From IMG/VR virus record IMGVR_UViG_3300037099_000042, positions 1 to 60,012 of that record: 60,012 nt of DNA; one strand, written 5' to 3'. This document shows positions 56,993 to 60,012 of the stretch, one piece after another. The notes beneath the pieces are model-generated. The model searched no databases and was not told where the DNA came from. It was given only the letters and a program-made list of their open reading frames with translations. Each line of letters starts with the position of its first letter. Within the stretch, counting starts at the first letter, position 1. This DNA is from a virus. Taxonomy: Duplodnaviria; Caudoviricetes. The position numbers and the translations under genes were made by a program.

Positions 56993-57134
56993 CTCAACGA
57001 TTTTATGTTTTTTCTGCCAAGCACGGTTGGCCGCCTGACCCGAACCGGTATCACGGACCACGCCCCGGAGAAAGGGGGAAAATACCTACGCCGTGAACAC
57101 TCCGTCGGCTAAAGCCGGCGGCTTCTGTGACAAG

Positions 57135-58280
57135 TTATGCGGCAACCCGCTGACTTGACGCCACAAGGCCCGCTCCAGGCCCCTGAAAGTTAGGAAAGCC
57201 ACGATGCAGTATGTTCAAGGCAGCGTTGACATCGCGATCCAACACCAGCCCGCATTCAGGGCAGTGGTGGGTTCGCGTTGCCAGCGTTTTCTTGACGATA
57301 GTACCGCACTCGGAGCATTCTTGGCTCGTTCTGCGCGGGTCAACCAACTCGACTATCCCACCAGCATATTCTGCTTTGTAGGTCGTCATGAAGATCAACT
57401 GATTCCACGCAGCATTATGAACAGACTTGGCAAGCATGCCGCTCGCAAGCCCTTTGATGTTCAAGTCCTCAAACGCGATATGCGTAAACTCGTCTGCAAG
57501 CCTGTTGGACAGCTTGTGCAAAGAGTCGCGGCGACGATTGGCGATCTTGCTCTGGTATCGCGCGACAACCTTCTTGGCTCGCTTCCAGCCCTTGGAGAAC
57601 CGCTTGCAACGAGCCAGCGCGCGCTGACGGCGACGAAGTCCTTTGGCTGCGGTCTTGGTGATCTGCGGCGTCGGCACTGTTTCCCCGTTAGACAGAGCCA
57701 CCAAGGAAGTCAGGCCGACATCAATGCCCACCGGATTGACGGCCCGCTCTGCAACCTCGGCCTCGGGCCGTTCAAGTTGGAAACAGATGTACCAGCGGCC
57801 AGCGGATCGCGAGAGGACCGCAGCAACCGGCTTGGTCGGAAGTTCCCGGTGCCACTTGACCTTGATCTCTCCAGGAATGCCGACGATGCCGATTTTTCCG
57901 GACTTGCGGATCGTCAGGCCGTCACCAACGCGGAAATCGGCGCTGTCATAGCGGGACTTCGACCGGAACCTCGGGTACCCGGCTTTTTTGGTGGTCTTAA
58001 CACGACGAAAGAACGCCTTGAACGATTTGTCCAGTCTGCGGAGAACCTGCTGTTCAGTCGAAAACCCGTACTTCACCAAGCGGTCATCGGCAAGCCTGAC
58101 AGCTTTCAACTCGTTGGCCTGGTCGGCATAGCTGAGAGACTTTCCCTGACGCCGATAAGCCTCAATGCGCTGCTGCAGTCCGGCATTGTAGAGGTCGCAA
58201 AAAGCCCCCAGCATCTCGTCCAGAGCAGCCTGCTGCGCTCCGTTCGGTCGAATCAGATACTTGTAAGACCGGATTGCCAC
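57135..58280 (-). CDS. tnpB: TnpB RNA-guided endonuclease
   Basis: GIDVG / AFEDL / DRDVNAA; zinc finger. Confidence 0.95.
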   Translation of the reverse strand: MAIRSYKYLIRPNGAQQAALDEMLGAFCDLYNAGLQQRIEAYRRQGKSLSYADQANELKAVRLADDRLVKYGFSTEQQVLRRLDKSFKAFFRRVKTTKKAGYPRFRSKSRYDSADFRVGDGLTIRKSGKIGIVGIPGEIKVKWHRELPTKPVAAVLSRSAGRWYICFQLERPEAEVAERAVNPVGIDVGLTSLVALSNGETVPTPQITKTAAKGLRRRQRALARCKRFSKGWKRAKKVVARYQSKIANRRRDSLHKLSNRLADEFTHIAFEDLNIKGLASGMLAKSVHNAAWNQLIFMTTYKAEYAGGIVELVDPRRTSQECSECGTIVKKTLATRTHHCPECGLVLDRDVNAALNILHRGFPNFQGPGAGLVASSQRVAA

Positions 58281-58283
58281 AGG

Positions 58284-58685
58284 CTATTTGCCCTTCTGGT
58301 TCTTGATATATTGCGTAATAGCTTCTTCGGAAACGCCACCAATCGATGCAGCAAAGTAACTTCTGCTCCAGAGAGTTGGAAGCCGGGACCGGAGACCTGG
58401 AAATTCCTGTCTCAGTATTCTGCTGCTCCTGCCCTTGAGGCGGTTAACTATCTCTGCGACACTGAGCGTCGGATCGGCTTCGACAAACACATGAACATGA
58501 TCTGGCATGACTTCCATTGCGTGGATCATCATGCTGTGTTCAGCGGCAACCTCGCACATCAGTTCCTTCAGCCTCGCGTCGATTGGGCTCACCAGCACGC
58601 TGCGCCGATATTTTGGGCACCAAACGATGTGAAACTTCAGGGAAAAGACTGCCCCAACGTTCTTTCTGTACCTTGGCTCTGACAT
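58284..58685 (-). CDS. tnpA: IS200/IS605 Y1 transposase
   Basis: HIVWCPKYRR, MPDHVHVF, LWSRSYF, YIKNQ. Confidence 0.95.
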   Translation of the reverse strand: MSEPRYRKNVGAVFSLKFHIVWCPKYRRSVLVSPIDARLKELMCEVAAEHSMMIHAMEVMPDHVHVFVEADPTLSVAEIVNRLKGRSSRILRQEFPGLRSRLPTLWSRSYFAASIGGVSEEAITQYIKNQKGK

Positions 58686-58795
58686 AAGGAGAGATATATG
58701 CTTGACGGAAGGATAACGCAAGAGGTATCTTTGCCCTACGGGCAACCGGCATTCCGCCGTCGCCTGAAGGCGACGGTCCCCAGCCGGAGGTCATG

Positions 58796-59010
58796 ATGGG
58801 TTTTGCCGAAAACCGATCGATGACCCACTGCGAAACCTTTGCCGCGAACGATGGGCTGCACCACTGTCCGAGGTTGACGGCGACGTAAGGATGAACAAAG
58901 GTGCCCTGCCTCTGAGCCGCGCCACCCTGAACGGTCTGGACGATTTCCGTTATGGGAATCCCCATAACGCTCGATATCTCGTCCAGGAACGCATTGGTAC
59001 TGGAAAGGCG
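58796..59010 (-). pseudogene. KilA-N domain gene, 3' fragment between two IS elements
   Basis: RLSSTNAFLDEISS...QGTFVHPYVAVNLGQWCSPSFAAKVSQWV. Confidence 0.85.
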
Positions 59011-60012
59011 CCGTTCTTCCAGACTTGCTCAAACCTACGCATAGGTAGGTTTGACGCTGGATTTCTGCTTCACTGAGGCTGGTTTCGTGGCCGGCTTGCG
59101 CCGACCGCCAGAGCCTTCCTCTCCACAGGCTGACACCGTGGAACTCACGGCCAATTTCACGAGGTTCTTCGCCGCGTTCACGTCCCGATCGTGAGCGCGG
59201 CCACAGGCCGGACAAGTCCACTCTCGCACCGACAGCGGCAAGACTTCCATCTTGTATCCACATGTCGAACAGGTCTTGCTCGAAGGGTACCAGCGGTCCG
59301 CCACGATAATCCGGGCACCGTTCAGCTTGGCCTTGTACTCGATCTGCCGCCGGAACTCATGCAAACCCACATCGGCGATGGCCCTTGATAGTTTATCATT
59401 CGCCATCATGCCCCGCACGTTCAAGTCTTCGATCACGATGACGCCGTGGTTTTTGGCTATCGCCGTGGTCGCTTTGTGCGTAACATCATTGCGGATATTG
59501 CCGATGCGGGCGTGTAATCGGGCTATCTTCAATTTGGCCTTGCGCCGATTGCTCGATCCCTTGACCTTGCGGGACAGGGCGCGAGAAGCCCGACGAAGTT
59601 TCTTCAGGTTCTTGCGCAGCGCCTTCGGGCCTTCGATGACGCTGCCGTCGCTCAAGGTCGCCAGTGCCTTGACACCGAGATCAACACCAACCGCCGGTCC
59701 TTGGTTTTCGGACACGGCACGATCGGGCCTCTCGACCTGGAGACTGACGAACCAACGATCGGCGGTACGCGACACCACCGCCGACTTGACCTGACCGGCA
59801 AAGCGCAACGGCTCGCGCATCCGCACCCAACCGATCACCGGCAAACGAACGCGCTTGCCGTCAACGGCAACCGCATCAGCACCTCTAATTTGGGGGCCGT
59901 TGTCAGCCCGGAAACTGTCGTGCATACCCTTCTTCTTAAACTTCGGAAACTTAGCCCGCCCCTCGAAGACGTTTTTGAACGCCATTCCCAGATTCTTGAT
60001 TGCCTGTTGCGG
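59011..60012 (-). mobile_element. IS607-family element, right part
   Basis: Ends ...GAGCAAGTCTGGAAGAACGG, after which the KilA-N frame resumes. Confidence 0.88.
59035..60012 (-). CDS. tnpB: IS607 TnpB, C-terminal part
   Basis: GVDLG / VIEDL / DRDVNAA; zinc finger. Confidence 0.93.
   Translation of the reverse strand, partial: PQQAIKNLGMAFKNVFEGRAKFPKFKKKGMHDSFRADNGPQIRGADAVAVDGKRVRLPVIGWVRMREPLRFAGQVKSAVVSRTADRWFVSLQVERPDRAVSENQGPAVGVDLGVKALATLSDGSVIEGPKALRKNLKKLRRASRALSRKVKGSSNRRKAKLKIARLHARIGNIRNDVTHKATTAIAKNHGVIVIEDLNVRGMMANDKLSRAIADVGLHEFRRQIEYKAKLNGARIIVADRWYPSSKTCSTCGYKMEVLPLSVREWTCPACGRAHDRDVNAAKNLVKLAVSSTVSACGEEGSGGRRKPATKPASVKQKSSVKPTYA

Larger units (their letters stand above)
57093..58795 (-). 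mobile_element. IS200/IS605 element (tandem tnpA-tnpB), target CCAT
   Basis: Hairpins CCGTCGCCTTCAGGCGACGG and CCGCCGGCTTTAGCCGACGG; right end TCAC; removal restores the KilA-N end KPMA*. Confidence 0.9.

Noticed and set aside
4416-59985. Nuclease-dead TnpB (TldR-like) regulators
   Set aside because: All five keep the three RuvC acidic residues and transposon ends
59886-60012. 127-bp terminal direct repeat as a biological genome end
   Set aside because: It falls inside a tnpB ORF and matches a common assembler k-mer length, so it indicates circular overlap only

Overview
The window is a complete circularly assembled ~59.9 kb myovirus-type phage genome. Bases 1-127 repeat exactly at 59886-60012, which is an assembly overlap. 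It is GC-rich and the host cannot be determined from sequence alone. The minus strand carries replication genes (Prim-Pol primase-helicase, two helicases, VRR-NUC), a TerS/TerL-portal-head-contractile tail-baseplate-fibre-lysis module, and three antirepressor-family genes. A plus-strand early arm (14.4-24.6 kb) has a tRNA-Leu(UAA), RecE-like and Sak4-like recombination genes and an adenine MTase. No integrase or CI repressor was recognised. Main points of interest: (1) an array at 14.4-16.6 kb pairing small Sm/LSm-like proteins with translationally coupled hexanucleotide-repeat ORFs encoding acidic Gly-X or basic Ser-X dipeptide peptides; (2) five TnpB elements with intact RuvC motifs (~8 kb, ~13% of the genome), each with a different target motif and a reconstructable empty site; (3) two antirepressor cassettes sharing a covarying C4-like leader RNA; (4) several deletion-scarred pseudogenes. 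Family names are from recognition of motifs, not from database searches.
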